Assembly: GCA_001769535.1 (NCBI GenBank)
Contig: MEOH01000027.1
Span: 32,553-96,552, forward strand
Source of the DNA: Bacteroidetes bacterium GWF2_38_335
GTDB lineage: Bacteria > Bacteroidota > Bacteroidia > Bacteroidales > GWF2-38-335
Length of the DNA: 64,000 bases
Direction: 5' to 3'
The stretch's first letter is position 1. Each line of letters starts with the position of its first letter. The notes under the pieces are model-generated. The model did no database searches, had not been told where the DNA came from, and saw only the letters and a list, made by a program, of their open reading frames with translations. A program made the position numbers and the translations under genes. Positions 28,234 through 37,931 of this stretch are shown piece after piece.

Positions 28234-29235
28234 CTATCTGAGCTTCTCCGTAAGCTTCTCAATCTCCTTAGCGGGATTTGCTTTTTCGAATAGTATTCTG
28301 TAAACGGCCTCGGTGATGGGCATTTCTGCGCTGATTTCCTTATTGATCTCATAAATGCAGCGTGTGGCATGGTATCCTTCGGCAATCATTTTCATGCTTT
28401 TAAGTGCCTGACTCACACTCATTCCTTTTCCGATAAGTTTTCCGAATGTGCGGTTGCGACTGAACTCTGAATAGGATGTAACCAACAAATCACCAAGATA
28501 GGCAGATTCATTGATGTCTCGTGAAATGGGATGAACGGCTTTGGTAAATCTTTTTATTTCCCTGATGGCATTTGAAACCAAAACTGCCTGAAAATTGTCG
28601 CCATAATCCAAACCATTGCAGATACCTGCTCCCAGCGACATGATGTTTTTCAAAACGGTTGCATATTCGGTTCCGAAAATATCATCTGATATAATGGTTT
28701 TGATGTATGGTCGGGTAAAATATATGGCAATGGCCTTGGCAAGTTTTTCGTTTTGCGAGGCAATGGTCAGGTACGACAGCTTGTTCAATGCTACCTCTTC
28801 GGAATGGCACGGACCGGATATCACACACATTTTTTGAACGGGAACATCAAAAAAATCGTTGAAATAACTGCAAATGGTGATGTTTTTTTCTTCGATAATC
28901 CCTTTGATAGCCGAAACCACAAACTTATCCTGAAGCTGTTCTGCTGTGATTGTTTTCATAATTCCCGGAAGAAATTCCGAGGGAACAACAAAAATGATCA
29001 TTTTGCTGTTTTTTATTGCTTCAGCAGGGTTGTTAAAGAAATTTATTTTTGAAATATCGAGAATAACATTTGACAGGTAATCCGGATTGTTCTTGTGCTT
29101 TTTAATAAATTCAATGGAATCCTTTTTGCGCACGTACCAGTTTACGGTAAGCTTATTCTCGGTAAGTATTTTGATCAGAGCTGTGGCCCAGCTTCCATCG
29201 CCGATCACAGCTATTGTCTTGTTCTTTTCGGGCAT
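28234..29235 (-). CDS. gpsA: NAD(P)H-dependent glycerol-3-phosphate dehydrogenase
   Basis: 333 aa. IAVIGDGSWATAL, GPCHSEEVA, KNIMSLGAGI, RNRTFG. Confidence 0.92.
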   Translation of the reverse strand: MPEKNKTIAVIGDGSWATALIKILTENKLTVNWYVRKKDSIEFIKKHKNNPDYLSNVILDISKINFFNNPAEAIKNSKMIIFVVPSEFLPGIMKTITAEQLQDKFVVSAIKGIIEEKNITICSYFNDFFDVPVQKMCVISGPCHSEEVALNKLSYLTIASQNEKLAKAIAIYFTRPYIKTIISDDIFGTEYATVLKNIMSLGAGICNGLDYGDNFQAVLVSNAIREIKRFTKAVHPISRDINESAYLGDLLVTSYSEFSRNRTFGKLIGKGMSVSQALKSMKMIAEGYHATRCIYEINKEISAEMPITEAVYRILFEKANPAKEIEKLTEKLR

Positions 29236-29237
29236 TG

Positions 29238-30965
29238 TTATTTTGTTTCAATCCAGGCTTTTACATCCTCGATTTTGGGGTTTGGCAATTCAAGTTTGTG
29301 TTTTTTGTTCAGTCCGCACAATTGTTGGTGCAGTTTGTTGGGATTGGCTTCCTTTAAATCGGATATGCTCATGTAACCGGCTTTCTGAACAATGGGAATC
29401 CATTCGGCCGGAATGCCAAGTTCAAGGAATTTATCAGTGTCGTCTTTCTGTACTTTCTTTTCAGGGCGCATTTGCGGGAAGAAAAGTACATCCTGGATTG
29501 AAGCCGAATTGGTCATGATCATGGCCAGACGGTCAATGCCAATTCCCAATCCTGCTGTTGGCGGCATCCCGTATTCCATGGCTTTTAGAAAATCTTCATC
29601 CAACAACATGGCTTCTTCGTCGCCGCGTTTGGCAAGGAGTAACTGCTCTTCGAACCTTTCACGCTGATCGATTGGATCGTTGAGCTCAGAATAAGCATTG
29701 CAAATTTCTTTACCGTTGCAGATGGCTTCAAACCGTTCAACCAGACCGTCAACCGAACGGTGCTTTTTAGCCAGCGGAGACATTTCAACAGGATAATCCA
29801 TGATGAAAGTGGGCTGAATGAGTTTTCCTTCGCATTTTTCGCCGAAAATTTCATCAATCAGTTTGCCTTTGCCCATGGAATCATCAGTTTTGATGCCCAT
29901 CTGAACAGCGGTAGCCCTGAGTTCTGATTCGTTCATTTTTGAAATGTCAATACCGGTGAATTCATGGATGGCTTCGAACATGGTATAGCGTTTCCATGGA
30001 CGTTTGAAATCAATGAGGTTTTCGCCAACCTGAACTTTTGTGGTTCCGTGAATATCTAGGGCAATTTTTTCAACCATTTCCTCGACCAATTCCTGCATCC
30101 AGAAATAATCCTTGTATGCAACGTAAAGCTCCATCTGGGTAAATTCGGGATTGTGGAAGCGGTCCATACCTTCGTTTCTGAAATCTTTGGCAAATTCGTA
30201 AACACCTTCGAAACCGCCTACAATAAGTCTTTTAAGATACAGCTCATCGGCAATCCTTAGGTATAATGTCATGTCGAGAGTATTGTGATGGGTTTTAAAC
30301 GGACGGGCAGCAGCGCCACCGTATAATGGCTGTAAAATTGGTGTTTCAACCTCAAGGTAACCTTTTCCGTTGAGGAAGTCGCGCATGGAGTTGGTGAGTT
30401 TTGATCTTTTGATGAAAGCATCTTTCACATGCGGGTTCACGATAAGGTCGAGTGAGCGCTGGCGGTAACGCTGATCGGGATCGGTAAAAGCATCATACAC
30501 CACACCGTCTTTTTCTTTAACAATGGGGAGTGGACGGATGGATTTGCTGAGGACTTTAAATTCCTTTACATCGATGGTGATTTCACCCATCTGCGTTCTG
30601 AAAACGCGGCCATGAATACCGATGATGTCACCGATATCAAGCAGACGTTTGAAAATCTCATTGTATTGGGTTTTGTCTTCGCCCGGGCAAACCACATCGC
30701 GGTTGAAATATACCTGGATTTTTCCCTTCTCGTCCATGATTTCCACGAACGAAGCTTTTCCCATAATACGGCGTGACATGATGCGGCCGGCAATGGCAAC
30801 ATCCTGATAATTATTTTTTTCATCAGAGAAATTTCCAAGAATTTCAACTGAGCTGACATTGGTTTCAAATTTTTCGGCAGGATAGGGGTTAATCCCTCTT
30901 GACTTTAGTTCTTCAAGTGCCTGACGGCGCAACACTTCCTGTTCGCTGAGATCAAGTATGTTCAT
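29238..30965 (-). CDS. lysS: Lysine--tRNA ligase (class II) with C-terminal extension
   Basis: ATG at 30965 ([10 protein letters not shown]) is preferred over the TTG at 30992. Class II motifs: [22 protein letters not shown]. About 70 extra C-terminal residues, as is usual in Bacteroidota LysS. Confidence 0.95.
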   Translation of the reverse strand: MNILDLSEQEVLRRQALEELKSRGINPYPAEKFETNVSSVEILGNFSDEKNNYQDVAIAGRIMSRRIMGKASFVEIMDEKGKIQVYFNRDVVCPGEDKTQYNEIFKRLLDIGDIIGIHGRVFRTQMGEITIDVKEFKVLSKSIRPLPIVKEKDGVVYDAFTDPDQRYRQRSLDLIVNPHVKDAFIKRSKLTNSMRDFLNGKGYLEVETPILQPLYGGAAARPFKTHHNTLDMTLYLRIADELYLKRLIVGGFEGVYEFAKDFRNEGMDRFHNPEFTQMELYVAYKDYFWMQELVEEMVEKIALDIHGTTKVQVGENLIDFKRPWKRYTMFEAIHEFTGIDISKMNESELRATAVQMGIKTDDSMGKGKLIDEIFGEKCEGKLIQPTFIMDYPVEMSPLAKKHRSVDGLVERFEAICNGKEICNAYSELNDPIDQRERFEEQLLLAKRGDEEAMLLDEDFLKAMEYGMPPTAGLGIGIDRLAMIMTNSASIQDVLFFPQMRPEKKVQKDDTDKFLELGIPAEWIPIVQKAGYMSISDLKEANPNKLHQQLCGLNKKHKLELPNPKIEDVKAWIETK

Positions 30966-31017
30966 TTTATTTTTTTTAAAAACAGGATGCAAAGATAAGA
31001 AGATAGTTGGAGTATTT

Positions 31018-31221
31018 TGGGGTGAGGATATTAAAATTTATTATCTTTATGGTTCAGTGGTGGGAATAGAAATTGGCCAGGACAAAGTACAAGGCCAGGA
31101 TTTCGCCTACAACATCAATGGATGGCTAAAAGGTATTAACAGCAACAGTTTGGAATCGAAAAGGGACATATTATACGATTGTAATATAAAGTTTCTGAAG
31201 AAAATGTTAAATCCTTCTTAG
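31018..31221 (+). pseudogene. Possible remnant of an Rhs/YD-repeat protein
   Basis: The stretch ...GQDFAYNINGWLKGINSNSLESKRD resembles the x-Y-x-(I/L)-x-GW(L/I)KG(V/I)N motif I associate with Bacteroidota YD/Rhs repeat proteins. There is no credible start and no upstream body; it abuts the lysS promoter region. Confidence 0.3.
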
Positions 31222-31370
31222 AAAAAGATTATGAAGAAATGATTTGTAAAATTGGATGTAAATTTTGAAGGTCATTATCAAGGAACTTATAAGATTGATT
31301 TTGGTTTAAAAAATGCAAAATCTGCCTCAGGCGGTATTGGTTCTGCAGGCATTCAAATATTAAAATATTT

Positions 31371-32069
31371 ATGATACGATTTTTAACCTTTTTATTATTG
31401 ATTGGTTTTCTAGTTAATTGTTCTGGTAGTAAACAACCTTATGAAACCCAAATTAGTAAATTTGAGAATAAGGCGATAGAAAAATATCAATTAGGAAAGT
31501 TTGAAGAAGCATTGTTTCTATGCGATAAGGCAATTATAGAAGACTCAATGAATATTAATTTACTAACTATTGAAGCCCTTTGTTTAGAAGAGTTATATTG
31601 TGAAAAAATGGCGTTAGAAGTTTGGAATAGAATTCTGGATATTGATTCCACCAATGTATTTTCTTTGTATTCATTAGCTTTTTATTATATCAATATAACT
31701 GATTTTAAAAGAGCTGAAATATTTATAAATAAAGCAATAATGTATTATAATGACACATATCAGTATAGTATTTCAATAAACAACATGGATAAATTTGGAT
31801 TTCACAACTTATTTTTCAATAATATAACAAATGCTGAATTAGTTTTTTTAAGGGGTATCGTTAATTATGAGTTCGAAAAATTTAGAGAAGCATTTGTTGA
31901 TTTTAAATATTGTATTGAAAATAATTACAATGTTGGGGCATCGCATCATTGGTTGGCATATATTTATTATTGTTTTAACGATATCGACAAAGCCTGTTTG
32001 GAACTTGAATATGCCATGAAAAATGGATTTTCTGAAGCCAAAGAATTAAAGGATAGTATCTGCAAATGA
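31371..32069 (+). CDS. TPR-like lipoprotein (hypothetical)
   Basis: 232 aa with lipobox LIGFLVNCSGS and TPR-like helices. AT-rich. Its start overlaps (ATGA) the stop of an unannotated short reading frame ending ...GIGSAGIQILKYL. Confidence 0.6.
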   Translation: MIRFLTFLLLIGFLVNCSGSKQPYETQISKFENKAIEKYQLGKFEEALFLCDKAIIEDSMNINLLTIEALCLEELYCEKMALEVWNRILDIDSTNVFSLYSLAFYYINITDFKRAEIFINKAIMYYNDTYQYSISINNMDKFGFHNLFFNNITNAELVFLRGIVNYEFEKFREAFVDFKYCIENNYNVGASHHWLAYIYYCFNDIDKACLELEYAMKNGFSEAKELKDSICK

Positions 32070-32409
32070 TATTCAATTTCTCTCACCCTTTAATCCTGCA
32101 TAATCATGTAAATATAGCATTTACAAATAAAGGAAAAACAATAACAGGGTATCTTCTAAATTTAAATGGTTATATACAAACACTGAGCGATGCACATTCC
32201 TAAACTTCTAATCCCAAAATTGGGAACTCACGCACCTTAAGTGTTCGAACAAAACCATAAAGCAGTTTAAAGTTTATAACTTGGAGCGGTAATTTGGGCA
32301 AGACAATTATAGAAACAACCAAGAAGGTCATATCCCCTTCACCAAGCAAGTCTCGAAAATTTTATGACAGGAAGTTAAATTTGATTAATGGGGCAGTCAC
32401 AGGTCAATA

Positions 32410-32722
32410 AATCATTAAAACTTGCAAAAATTACAAGTTTTAATGATTTATAATTCTTGACCTGATTTTCTAATTACATTATTGCAGCAATTCATCTCAG
32501 TTTCCTTGGCTTTTCAGAAAAACCATGAGATGCATTTATGTTTTGTTTTAGTTTAGTTAATCTTTAAGGTCGCAAAATGCGACTTTAAAGCGGGGCTAAT
32601 TCCCCAAAGTCAGGGCGCGACTTGGAGTCGCGCCCTGACTATTATAAGTGAGCTGGTCGCATTTTGCGACCACATCATTTACAAGTTTTAATGATTTAAT
32701 ATTTCTTAACCTGATTTTCAAA
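32410..32722. repeat. Hairpin cluster bracketed by a 42-43 bp direct repeat
   Basis: Direct repeat TACAAGTTTTAATGATTTA..TTCTT(G/A)ACCTGATTTTC.AA at 32432-32473 and 32680-32722. Perfect hairpins: 32410-32448 (15-bp stem) and 32608-32640 (15-bp stem, 3-nt loop). Mutually complementary GGTCGCAAAATGCGAC (32568-32583) and GGTCGCATTTTGCGACC (32655-32671). Confidence 0.8.
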
Positions 32723-32869
32723 ATATACAAAACCTTCGTTCCTGTTCAGTTTCGAATAAAACATTACTAAAATCCAAGGCAATTTTTTATTAAATGTATA
32801 ATTAAGAATAATGATGGAATTTCATATTGCAGGTCTAATATCCGTCAGGATAAGGTCTTTCTAAATAAA

Positions 32870-33100
32870 ACTTAATTAATATAAATGAGATCCCTCACCG
32901 CTTTGGGCGGTTCGGGATGACAAGGGTCTCTTTGATAAAGGGGCAGACGGGATGGGGAAGGCGGCAAGCCGCCTTCCCCATCCCGTCTGCCCAACCAAAA
33001 AAAAGGAGTTGTCATCCCGAGTGCAGCGAGGGATCTTTTTGATACTGTTTGATAATCTAATCATTATAAAATAAACCTGACGGCTGTGTGCACATCACCT
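32870..33100. repeat. Nested palindromic repeat block
   Basis: Perfect 24-bp stem / 4-nt loop hairpin at 32941-32992. It is flanked by inverted GATCCCTC...CGGGATGAC (32889-32921) and GTCATCCCG...GAGGGATC (33011-33035) modules. A related GATCCCTCGG...CGGGATC module lies at about 2558-2585. AACCTGACGGC module at about 33076. Confidence 0.8.
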
Positions 33101-33126
33101 AAAAATCCCGAGATATTTGCTTAATT

Positions 33127-33822
33127 TTGCAAAAAAAAATGCCAACCATAAAATATACCGATCTCGGACTCATTGATTACAAGGAAGCGTGGGACTTTCA
33201 GGAAAGGATTTTTAATGAGAGCTCCGAAATGAAAATCAGGGAACGTAAAGGGGAGCTCCCTGCTCCCGAAATCATCAACCACCTGCTTTTTTGCGAGCAT
33301 CCGCATGTGTACACACTGGGAAAAAGCGGAAAAGACAACAATTTGCTCATTGATGAAAATATTCTCAAACGCATCAATGCCTCTTTTTACAGGATTGACA
33401 GGGGCGGCGACATTACCTATCATGGGCCCGGACAGCTTGTCGGATACCCGGTTTTTGATCTGGAACAGTTCTCGATGCAGGTCAAACAGTACATCCACTC
33501 CCTTGAGGAAGCAATAATTCTGTCGGTCGGAGAATTCGGGATTAAAGCAGAACGACTTGATGGGGCGACAGGCGTGTGGATTGACGTGGGAAAACCAAAT
33601 GTGAGAAAAATCTGCGCCATCGGGGTGAAAGCAGGTCGCAACATCACCATGCACGGATTTGCATTGAACGTAAACACCAATCTTGATTATTTCAGATACA
33701 TCAACCCCTGCGGTTTTATTGACAAGGGAGTGACTTCCATCCAAAAGGAAACAGGCAGGGAAATTTCTATGGACGAAGTCAAAAATATTGTCAGGGAAAA
33801 GATTTTGAAAGTTTTTGCATAG
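33127..33822 (+). CDS. lipB: Lipoyl(octanoyl) transferase
   Basis: 231 aa. RGGDITYHGPGQLVGYP, RKICAIGVK, TMHGFALNV. The antisense 207-aa ORF 33121..33744 is a shadow ORF. Confidence 0.93.
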   Translation: MQKKMPTIKYTDLGLIDYKEAWDFQERIFNESSEMKIRERKGELPAPEIINHLLFCEHPHVYTLGKSGKDNNLLIDENILKRINASFYRIDRGGDITYHGPGQLVGYPVFDLEQFSMQVKQYIHSLEEAIILSVGEFGIKAERLDGATGVWIDVGKPNVRKICAIGVKAGRNITMHGFALNVNTNLDYFRYINPCGFIDKGVTSIQKETGREISMDEVKNIVREKILKVFA

Positions 33823-33875
33823 AAACTCCTTTTTGATTTACATAAAATTATCGCTTATTTTGCAGTAGATTAAAA

Positions 33876-35246
33876 ATGGCTGAAATGAGAATACTGTTTA
33901 TTGTGTTTATCTGCTTTTTGAGTTTTTCAAATTCTATTGCACAGGAAAAAATAGAAAAAACCATGCTGCTTGCCGACCTTGACAGTCTGGTATCCTGGAT
34001 TGACCAGATTCACCCCGATATGTATGCATCTATTGGTAAGGAAAAATTTAATATGGAACTTGAAAAAACCCGGAGTAAAATCACCGGTGATATGACAGCA
34101 ATTGACTTTTACTCCATTGTTTCTCCCTTGGTTTCCTCTTTGGGCGATGGCCATACAATGATGCATTTTCCTTATATGGAGTTAAAAAACAGCAGTGATT
34201 TGTTTTTTCCTGTAACTGTAACAATCAATACAAATGATTCAACCGTATTCGTTGACGAATGTCTGGTTAAAGGTGAAAATGAAATTCCTTCCGGCTCGAA
34301 GATCATCAGCATAAACAAAGTGCCAATAAAGGATATTGAAACGGAAATGATGAAATATTGCAGCGGTGAACAGTACTTTTTTAAATTATCAATTGCTGAA
34401 TATTATTTCACACCATTATTATATACCATTTACAGGAAAGATGAGTTTGATGTTGAATACCTTGAAAACGGGGTTTTACAATCAAAAAAAATAAATGGAA
34501 TCGGTGCTGAGGAACGCTTTTTTACCCGTCAAAACTCAGTTAAAAGAAAAATGGATTATTATTACAGTTTTAAAATATTACCTGATGAAAATGTTGGCGT
34601 CATCGACTTTGTGAGCTTTGTTGATCTGAAAAAATTCAAGCATTTTCTGGATTCTGTTTTTACAATTGTTAATGAAAAGAATATTCAGAATATCATTATT
34701 GATATCCGAAGAAACGGAGGCGGAAATTCAGCACTTGGAGATGAGTTTTTTCAATACATTTCTCATGTGCCTTTTTCACAGTTTGGTAAAACAATGGTGA
34801 AATATTCGGACAGACAACATGATTTTTATGAAAGTAAAAAATCTGTAAGAAAAAAACAGCCGAACGGAATCCATACTCATGAAGCAGATAGTACTAATTT
34901 AATTAAACTTCGGAAAAGTAAACTCAGGTTTAATGGTCAGGTGTATCTTTTGACCAGCCATTACTCATTTTCATCAGCTGCCGATTTTGCAGGTGCTTTT
35001 CAGCACTTTAAAATGGGTACAATTGTGGGTGAAGAAACAGGCGGATTAAAAGTCTGTTTTGGTGATGTGATCTCCCAACAACTGCCAAATACAAAGCTTT
35101 TTTTCGGTGTGTCTTTCAAAAAATTCTATCTTTACGGTGCCAACGACAGTGATACACACGGGGTTATTCCGGATATTATTGTTCCAGCCGATAAAGCCAT
35201 GGATCAGACTTTAAAACTTATCAGGGAAAAAACGGGAAACGAATAG
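33876..35246 (+). CDS. S41-family peptidase (tail-specific protease-like), secreted
   Basis: 456 aa with a signal peptide. IIIDIRRNGGGNS and TSHYSFSSAADFA (S41 catalytic-region blocks). Confidence 0.75.
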   Translation: MAEMRILFIVFICFLSFSNSIAQEKIEKTMLLADLDSLVSWIDQIHPDMYASIGKEKFNMELEKTRSKITGDMTAIDFYSIVSPLVSSLGDGHTMMHFPYMELKNSSDLFFPVTVTINTNDSTVFVDECLVKGENEIPSGSKIISINKVPIKDIETEMMKYCSGEQYFFKLSIAEYYFTPLLYTIYRKDEFDVEYLENGVLQSKKINGIGAEERFFTRQNSVKRKMDYYYSFKILPDENVGVIDFVSFVDLKKFKHFLDSVFTIVNEKNIQNIIIDIRRNGGGNSALGDEFFQYISHVPFSQFGKTMVKYSDRQHDFYESKKSVRKKQPNGIHTHEADSTNLIKLRKSKLRFNGQVYLLTSHYSFSSAADFAGAFQHFKMGTIVGEETGGLKVCFGDVISQQLPNTKLFFGVSFKKFYLYGANDSDTHGVIPDIIVPADKAMDQTLKLIREKTGNE

Positions 35247-35357
35247 TTTTTACAAGTATTTGCAGCATATTTCCCCTTTTTTTATGGTTTATTTATAAAA
35301 ATGGGATTCGTGGTTCTTTTTTTCGTCAAAATCCTGTTTCAATTGAAAAAAATCCTT

Positions 35358-35365
35358 TATATTTG
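35358..35365 (+). promoter_or_regulatory. Candidate -7 promoter box (TAnnTTTG) for the suf operon
   Basis: CTTTATATTTGCG, with TATATTTG 33 nt upstream of the sufB ATG. The same CTTTATATTTG context recurs at 42326 before sufE. Confidence 0.45.
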
Positions 35366-35397
35366 CGTTTATTTAGATTTATTCTAATTAAGAAGTA

Positions 35398-36846
35398 ATG
35401 GAAAAAGAACAGGATAAAATAATTTCTGAAGTTACCGGAGGCGAGTATAAATACGGGTTTTATACGAATGTGGAGACTGAGTTTATCCCGAAAGGATTAA
35501 ATGAAGATACCATCAGATTGATCTCCTCTAAGAAAGGAGAGCCCGAATTCATGCTTGAGTTCAGGTTGAAAGCTTTTGAGAAATGGAAAACCATGAAAAT
35601 GCCCGAATGGGCTCAGTTGAATATTCCCGAAATTGATTTTCAGAATATAATATATTATGCGGCGCCAAAAAAGCAAAAGGAACTTGGCAGCATTGATGAA
35701 ATTGACCCCAAACTTAAAGCAACTTTCGATAAGCTTGGTATTCCGCTCGACGAACAAAAACGGCTCAGCGGAGTGGCTGTTGATGCGGTTATCGACAGCG
35801 TTTCGGTTAAAACTACTTTCAAGGATTCCCTTGCCGATAAAGGAATCATTTTCTGCTCATTCAGCGAAGCGGTTCATGAACACCCCGATCTGATTAAAAA
35901 ATACATGGGCTCGGTGGTGCCCGTGGGCGACAATTATTTTGCAGCTCTGAATTCGGCTGTGTTCAGCGATGGTTCTTTTGTGTACATCCCCAAAGGCGTG
36001 AGATGTCCAATGGAACTCTCAACCTATTTCAGGATTAACGCAGCCAATACCGGACAGTTTGAACGCACATTGATAGTAGCCGATGAAGGTGCTTATGTAA
36101 GTTACCTCGAAGGATGTACCGCCCCGCAACGCGACGAAAACCAGCTTCATGCTGCCATCGTCGAAATCATTGCCGAAAAAGATGCCGATGTAAAATATTC
36201 AACCGTGCAAAACTGGTATCCGGGCGATAAGGACGGAAAAGGCGGAATTTACAATTTTGTTACCAAACGCGGAATTTGCCGTGGCGATAACTCCAAAATA
36301 TCATGGACACAGGTGGAAACCGGCTCGGCCATTACCTGGAAATATCCAAGCTGCATTCTAAAAGGAAATAACTCGGTGGGCGAATTTTATTCCGTTGCCG
36401 TGACCAACAATCACCAGCAAGCCGATACCGGAACCAAGATGATTCATTTGGGCAAAAACACCAAAAGCACCATTGTTTCTAAAGGTATTTCGGCAGGCAA
36501 ATCACAAAACAGTTACCGTGGATTGGTCAAGGTGACCAAAAAAGCCGAAAACTCCAGAAACTTTTCTCAGTGCGATTCGCTCCTGTTAGGCAGCAATTGC
36601 GGTGCCCATACCTTCCCGTATATTCAGGTTGACAATAAAAGTTCCATCGTCGAACACGAAGCCACCACTTCAAAAATTGGCGAGGACCAGATTTTTTACT
36701 GCAACCAGCGCGGGATATCCACCGAAGATGCCATCGGACTCATCGTTAACGGATACGCCAAGGAAGTTTTAAACCAGCTTCCCATGGAATTTGCCGTTGA
36801 AGCGCAAAAGCTTCTTCAGATTAGTCTGGAAGGCAGCGTTGGGTAG
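35398..36846 (+). CDS. sufB: Fe-S cluster assembly scaffold protein SufB
   Basis: 482 aa. YKYGF near the N-terminus, [31 protein letters not shown]. Confidence 0.96.
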   Translation: MEKEQDKIISEVTGGEYKYGFYTNVETEFIPKGLNEDTIRLISSKKGEPEFMLEFRLKAFEKWKTMKMPEWAQLNIPEIDFQNIIYYAAPKKQKELGSIDEIDPKLKATFDKLGIPLDEQKRLSGVAVDAVIDSVSVKTTFKDSLADKGIIFCSFSEAVHEHPDLIKKYMGSVVPVGDNYFAALNSAVFSDGSFVYIPKGVRCPMELSTYFRINAANTGQFERTLIVADEGAYVSYLEGCTAPQRDENQLHAAIVEIIAEKDADVKYSTVQNWYPGDKDGKGGIYNFVTKRGICRGDNSKISWTQVETGSAITWKYPSCILKGNNSVGEFYSVAVTNNHQQADTGTKMIHLGKNTKSTIVSKGISAGKSQNSYRGLVKVTKKAENSRNFSQCDSLLLGSNCGAHTFPYIQVDNKSSIVEHEATTSKIGEDQIFYCNQRGISTEDAIGLIVNGYAKEVLNQLPMEFAVEAQKLLQISLEGSVG

Positions 36847-37150
36847 AATGAGTGTGAGTGTGAAGAGTGAGTGTGGAGTGTTCTATGAAATATTGTAGTT
36901 AAACCTGAATTTACCAACTCTGAAAGAGTTGAATAACAATAGCCCCGGATGAAATCCTGGGTGAAGGATAGGCAAAGAAAGCGCCGGCCGAGAACAAGTT
37001 AAGACAACAAAACCTTGTTCCGGCGCAAATGAATGATAAATTTAGAATGAACAGTAGAATAAACAGCATAATTGCAACAGTTCTACTAACCCCGGCTTAT
37101 GAGCCGGTATCATAAGAACCCACCCCTAACCCCTCCGGGGTAGGGGAATA
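36847..37150. repeat. Mosaic hairpin/stutter repeat block inside the suf operon (sufB|sufC)
   Basis: GAGTGTGAGTGTGAAGAGTGAGTGTGGAGTG stutter directly after the sufB stop. GCGCCGG..CCGGCGC hairpin at 36981-37026 with inner GAACAAG/CTTGTTC. CCCCTAACCCCTCCGGGGTAGGGG hairpin just before sufC. Confidence 0.8.
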
Positions 37151-37161
37151 AAGAAAAAGAT

Positions 37162-37920
37162 ATGTTAAAGATTAAAAACTTAAAAGCAAAGATTGACGGA
37201 AAAGAAATTCTGAAAGGAATCAATCTTGAAGTGAAACCCGGTGAAGTACACGCCATCATGGGTCCGAACGGATCAGGAAAAAGCACGCTGGCAGCAGTAT
37301 TGGCCGGAAGGGAAATTTTTGAAGTTACCGAGGGCGAAGTGGAATATTTGGGCAAAAACCTGCTGGAGATGACTCCCGAAGAACGTGCCAAAGAAGGCAT
37401 CTTTCTGGGTTTTCAATACCCGATTGAAATTCCGGGCGTGAGCATGGTCAATTTCATGAAAACCGCTGTCAATGAAAAAAGAAAATATCACAACCAGGAA
37501 CCTCTTTCTGCTGCTGAATTTCTAAAACTCATGCGCGAGAAAAAAGCTGTGGTGGAGATTGATTCAAACCTTACCAACCGCTCTGTAAACGAGGGTTTTT
37601 CAGGTGGCGAAAAGAAAAAGAACGAAATTTTCCAGATGGCCATGCTTGAACCCAAACTGGCCATTCTTGATGAAACCGACTCAGGTCTAGATATTGATGC
37701 ACTCAGAATCGTGGCAAACGGGGTAAACAAATTAAAAACTCCTGAAAATGCCACAATTGTCATCACCCACTACCAAAGATTGCTCGATTATATTGTTCCC
37801 GATGTGGTGCATGTGCTCTATCAGGGCAGGATCGTGAAAACCAGCGGCAAGGAGCTGGCATTGGAACTTGAAGAAAAAGGATACGACTGGATTAAAAAGG
37901 AAGTGGAGCAGGAATCATAA
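37162..37920 (+). CDS. sufC: Fe-S cluster assembly ATPase SufC
   Basis: 252 aa. Walker A GPNGSGKST, signature FSGGEKKKNE, Walker B LAILDETDSGLD. Confidence 0.96.
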   Translation: MLKIKNLKAKIDGKEILKGINLEVKPGEVHAIMGPNGSGKSTLAAVLAGREIFEVTEGEVEYLGKNLLEMTPEERAKEGIFLGFQYPIEIPGVSMVNFMKTAVNEKRKYHNQEPLSAAEFLKLMREKKAVVEIDSNLTNRSVNEGFSGGEKKKNEIFQMAMLEPKLAILDETDSGLDIDALRIVANGVNKLKTPENATIVITHYQRLLDYIVPDVVHVLYQGRIVKTSGKELALELEEKGYDWIKKEVEQES

Positions 37921-37931
37921 AATAAAAGAAA

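Noticed and set aside
32100-32420. Possible transposase or integrase remnant or tRNA in the lysS-lipB gap
   Set aside because: I translated the most open frames (for example ...SGNLGKTIIETTKKVISPSPSKSRKFYDRKLNLINGAVTGQ) and found no start, no recognisable motif and no cloverleaf-like structure. There is not enough evidence to report a feature.
32941-32992. Perfect 24-bp hairpin as a rho-independent terminator
   Set aside because: No U-run follows the stem on either strand (an A-run follows on plus; CTTTATC follows on minus), and no gene end lies immediately upstream.
33121-33744. Long antisense ORFs inside well-supported genes: 33121..33744 opposite lipB, 14292..14813 in mfd, 26532..27077 across thiL/pgi, 46071..46712 in metG and 60773..61264 opposite the Omp28-like gene
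   Set aside because: The opposite-strand genes carry unambiguous family motifs over their full length. The antisense ORFs have no recognisable motifs and odd composition, so they are typical shadow ORFs.
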